A stretch of DNA of 64,000 bases from Botryllus schlosseri (taxonomy: Eukaryota), in NCBI GenBank assembly GCA_051294905.1, contig CM119379.1, positions 3,658,001-3,722,000 of the forward strand, written 5' to 3'. The notes beneath the pieces were generated by a model that was not told where the DNA came from, searched no databases, and saw only the letters and a program-made list of their open reading frames with translations. The translations under genes were made by a program, and so were the position numbers. Position 1 is the first letter of the stretch. Each line of letters opens with the position of its first letter. This document shows, one piece after another, positions 62,169 to 64,000 of this stretch.

Positions 62169-63588
62169 TAAATCATTGTCTCTCAACCGAGGTTCAAATG
62201 AATCCTAGAGGTTCGCTGAGCATTGAGCAAGTCTCAGGGTTTATCGGAGGTGAAGACACACACTCAACTCATACAGCATTAAATGTTCATCATAATCCTT
62301 CAGTTTAGTTTGGAGATAATGTTTTAATGATTTTTTTCTTTAACGCTGTTGTTGATACACAATTCATTTTGAAGGGTATTCATTTTGTAGGTACAAAACT
62401 TCAATATACAATTGAATACTATGTTCATATTGCAATGCAATGAACCCGAATATTTTCGGCTGACACTAGTCAGGGGTGTAATCATCAGCAACTCGTAGAT
62501 ATTTCAAAAGAATATTTGTATATCAACTATCGTATCACAAAATATGATGTCACTGGCATGAAATTTTACTGGCTTGTAGTTCCAATTCTCACAAGTTGCC
62601 GGCGATTACCACTGACGAGTGTCAGCCAAAAATGCTCTGGCTCATTTCAATACGTATATACTATTCAACAGTTCATTATGTCCACCAGTATTCTGTCAGC
62701 ATTGTATGATATGTGTATTGTGGTATCGCCGAAGACTTGCAGATTAACGAAAGGGTTTGCCAAATTAGTGAAGGTGATTATTGCACACAAAATTTCCGGC
62801 GGATGCTGTATGCTTGTTAGTTGTTGGTTGCTCAGTCTGAATCTGAACCATTTTCATAATGTCAGCGTTATCACTAGGGCTGGGCAGAACTCCATACCTG
62901 ATCGATTCTATTGTGTATCAAGTATTAAGTTTCGAGTCTCGTAAAGTTTCAAATTATAACTCGGATCCTAATGGTTAGATCACTACTATGCCGTTTTCAT
63001 GAATGCTTTGCACTTGCCTTGTCACTTGTTTTGGCTTCTGTGTTGATGAGCAATTACCAAAGTATCCTTTTTCCGTAAGAGACATATAGATTCAGTAGTA
63101 AAAAAGTGACTGGTGATGCGCGACCTTAGCCCATAAAATCAATACACGACTCGGATTCTAGTAGTATAATATTGGGCCCAGTACTAGTTATCACCTTGAA
63201 TCTTTTGTTTTCCTTAGCACACCGCCAGTCGAGATATCGGAAGATTCATGTGATGAGCTTCCAATCTATCGATCTAGTTTGATTTCAATTGCATGCTATT
63301 CAAATCATTGCTCATTCCTGGAAAAAGGTGGTTAGACTATTTTTCGATCATCTTCATGGCTACACACCACATAGATATAGAATCTCTTTCTTCCAAACTA
63401 CTATTTCTGGAATATATATGGTAATTAAACGATATGTCAGCATTGTCAGGCAGGAGTGATTTCTTGTGTGTCATCTTGATTAAGAACTGAAGCGAAGAGT
63501 GGTGTTAACCTCTTTGCGATCAGATGGGCTAGTTTTAGGACGCTAATTGAAATGGCCTGTTGCGATTCGGATGATTAAATGTAGTGAA

Positions 63589-63965
63589 AGGGGCACTGCA
63601 CTCTAAAAATGATGTGGTCTCAAATGATGTGGTCTCCACAAGAACTTTATGCTCCAGCAGTCACACAGAGATCGAACTTTATATAGTTGTCAGCCGATGT
63701 TATCATGGAAGTATGTCGTACATGCCGATTTTGACATAAATCTCCTGACTGAACATCTTCCGTTGAACGCGGTATCTAAACCACGTTGTCGTGTATGACA
63801 TATTTCCTTCATAACATCGGCTGACAACTGTATAAAGTTATAGAAAATTCAATAAATTGCCGCTCCAGTACGGTGGCGTTCGGAAGAAAACGCCTGCGGC
63901 CAAATTTTTCTCTTCGTTTTGCCCTTCAATTGGAGACCACATCATTTTTAGAGTGCAGTACCCCT
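63589..63965. mobile_element. Second copy of the Kolobok-like palindromic MITE (intronic)
   Basis: AGGGGCACTGCACTCTAAAAATGATGTGGTCTC / GAGACCACATCATTTTTAGAGTGCAGTACCCCT+TTAA. Confidence 0.7.
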
Positions 63966-64000
63966 TTAAAACAGTATCATTATGCAGGTCATAATCAATT

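Overview
Eukaryotic (metazoan, probably invertebrate) genomic DNA; most ORFs in the supplied track are incidental. Left part (1-26.3 kb): a rearranged tRNA locus with ten tRNA-Glu genes or pseudogenes in a ~2.16-kb repeat unit that also carries a Penelope GIY-YIG fragment. A tRNA-Ser(GCT)/tRNA-Ala(CGC) pair is separated by only 3 nt. A 7.4-kb composite hAT (Buster-type) unit at 18459-25905, bounded by an 8-bp target-site duplication, carries an inverted copy of part of the tRNA-Glu cluster. Middle: a complete 11-exon COP9 signalosome subunit 2 gene (29562-41766) with MITE-rich introns. Right: a pile of hAT MITEs, SINEs and a Penelope fragment with a degenerate hammerhead, a 5'-truncated L2/Crack-like LINE in an ~11-kb CpG-poor stretch, and the first coding exon of an ANKRD11/12 orthologue. 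The strongest candidates for something new are the hAT-end mobilisation of tRNA genes, recurrent hAT ends 89 bp upstream of tRNA-Glu, and the apparent dicistronic tRNA. All coordinates and alignments were read by eye.
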